Shown: positions 62,242-64,000 of the stretch, one piece after another
Numbering within the stretch: position 1 is the stretch's first letter
Layout of the letters: each line of letters begins with the position of its first letter
NCBI GenBank assembly: GCA_965178125.1
Contig: OZ237756.1
Coordinates: 558,001-622,000 of the forward strand
Length of the DNA: 64,000 nucleotides
Direction: 5' to 3'
From: Bilabrum cf. latius
Taxonomy: Eukaryota
The notes under the pieces: generated by a model
The model's input: the letters and a program-made list of their open reading frames with translations, nothing else
Databases searched by the model: none
Told to the model about the DNA's origin: nothing
Translations under genes and position numbers: made by a program

Positions 62242-64000
62242 TTAATTTTGTTGTTCTAGTGGATCATTATCCTCATCAACAAATAAAGCGGGGTCTAAGT
62301 CAACCTCTATCTCTTCATCGGGTAATTGAACCTCTTCATCATCAACAAATATATCTACTTCACGAGTCTTTTTCTTGTTAGACCAGATATATTCCATCTC
62401 ATCGATAATATCCTAGTTAAATTCTACATCGTAATTAATTTTCTTTTTCTTACAAGTCATAAATATGTCTTTCCCAAACATTGATTTATATACTTTAAGT
62501 ATTTCGTAATAAAGACCTTTATCAGTGGATAAGTCAACTTTACTTCTTCTTTGGCAGTCATACACTGTCCTATATTCATCTGTTAAGTCTTGGTCTAATA
62601 CTTTCTTTTTGATATTATAATCAAGATTAGTTCTTTTAAGACCTAAAGTATCAATCATCTTATTAAGTAAGACTAATTTTCTAGAACTAGACTTAGCATT
62701 GATAATATCAAACTCGCCTTTATTAATTGCTTTCACAAGTAAGTGTTTATCATCTTGTCTAAAGAATTTATTGAAATTAAATAAATTAGATAACTTACCT
62801 TTATTAATAAAGTACTCTTTGTATTTGTCAATATCACCTTCATCTAAGTCTAAATATTTATTAATCTTCTTGACATTAAGACAATTAATATCAAAATTTT
62901 CAAGTTGTTTTTCTTTAATGGTATCTTTGATTTCTTTATCCTTACATCTGGTGATCTTAACAGATAAATCATAAGACACGTCATAACCGGTATCAATTAA
63001 CTACTTGATCATATGTAATTTAGGGTTTGTCTTATAACAATCTACCTTGTAAAGATAATTACGATATAGTTTCTTGAATATGATTTTAACTTTGCTCATT
63101 TCTTCTTCTACTTTGTCTTCTACTTCTACCTCGTTGAAGTCGGGATATGTATCACTGACAAATTTAACTAATTCTTCGTAGTCTTTTAAAGAGGTAGCCA
63201 TAAAAGATTTAACTTGTGAAAGACTTTCATATGTGCTAGATCGTCCTTTCTAGTAATCAAAAAATATAGTGATATGTGATGGGTTTCTACATCTGTTAAG
63301 CTATTGAACCATTTGGGGAGGTGTGATAGTATGACCTTTGAAATAACCAAAGACTGGTCTAGTCATAGTGCTATCTATCCCGTAAATGACTTTAGGTGAG
63401 AAGATAATGATATCAAACATATCCATATCATAGTCTTTGTCTTCGCTTTCTGCTGTAAGTATTAAGATTTTATTTAATTTCTTATCTTTCTCGTTATCTA
63501 TAATTTTAAGACTAATTAACTCATTGATTATATCAGCTTTTGTCTTACTATCACTAGCAAGCATAAATTTCTTGTGTTTCATTAACTCATCTCTAAAAGT
63601 CTGTTCGTCATTAACAAATACAGTTTTGGTGCCCTTGAACCTGTTTCTGTCATTCCTAATATATTGATAATCTAATTTTAATAATTCTAAGAAATATAGA
63701 GCATCTTGAGATAAGTCAGCATCTGCTACTATGAACTACTTACAAGTGGTAAGAGCACGAATAAGAGTAATGAAACTCATTGGTCGCCTACCATATAAAG
63801 TCGTAGAACTTAAACAGTGTTCTAAGATACTATTAAACTCATCTAAAAAGACAATATAATCCTTAAAGTTATAATTGCTAAGACTAACAATACTTTCAGG
63901 AGTAATAACAATACTATCACCCTATTTGTATTTATGGTCTTGATAGAATTTAGTTGATTTTGGAAGACTACGCATCTATTGCTTACCTAATAAAATACGA
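62242..64000 (-). CDS. SF2 helicase of the herpesvirus UL9/origin-binding-protein type, 3' part
   Basis: ITPESI, VFLDEFNSILEH...S.T, IVADADL, IFSPKVIYGIDS, QMVQ*LNRCR. One frame via TAGs; TAA at 62242-62244. Confidence 0.8.

Larger units (their letters stand above)
34961..64000. mobile_element. Endogenous virophage (Lavidaviridae; mavirus/EMALE-like), right end outside the window
   Basis: Abrupt GC-to-AT shift at 34961, 5'-TG terminus, intronless gene-dense content, rve integrase, and an ATPase-protease-penton-MCP morphogenesis module. Confidence 0.92.

Noticed and set aside
36634-64000. Viral genes as heavily decayed pseudogenes
   Set aside because: The interruptions are almost exclusively TAG, there are no frameshifts, and TAGs fall at Gln positions. 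Random decay would give TAA, TGA and indels.
34961-64000. Bacterial prophage or contaminant
   Set aside because: The gene set is virophage-type, the junction interrupts a host gene cleanly, and the element shares the host code and host-like retroelements.

Overview
Eukaryotic (protist) nuclear DNA in two halves. Bases 1-34960 are GC-rich host sequence with GT-AG introns. They carry BUD31/G10, mitochondrial-type rpS16, an acid ceramidase/NAAA-like hydrolase, ankyrin and CCHC proteins, a tRNA-Leu(CAA), minisatellites and a large foldback. From 34961 to beyond the window end lies an AT-rich endogenous virophage (mavirus/EMALE-like), inserted into a host PhyH-family dioxygenase gene. It encodes an rve integrase with chromodomain, packaging ATPase, cysteine protease, penton, major capsid protein and a UL9/OBP-like helicase. 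A complete Ngaro-type tyrosine-recombinase retrotransposon and a non-coding relative are nested in two viral genes. The key observation is that TAG is read as a sense codon, most likely Gln, in host, virophage and retrotransposon, while TAA and TGA remain stops; this is why the supplied ORF track is fragmented. The virophage also carries 18 copies of a directional 72-bp hairpin repeat between genes, a conserved promoter motif, a terminal 101-bp palindrome and a candidate tRNA-headed Pol III structured RNA. All calls come from manual translation and motif recognition; no database searches were run.
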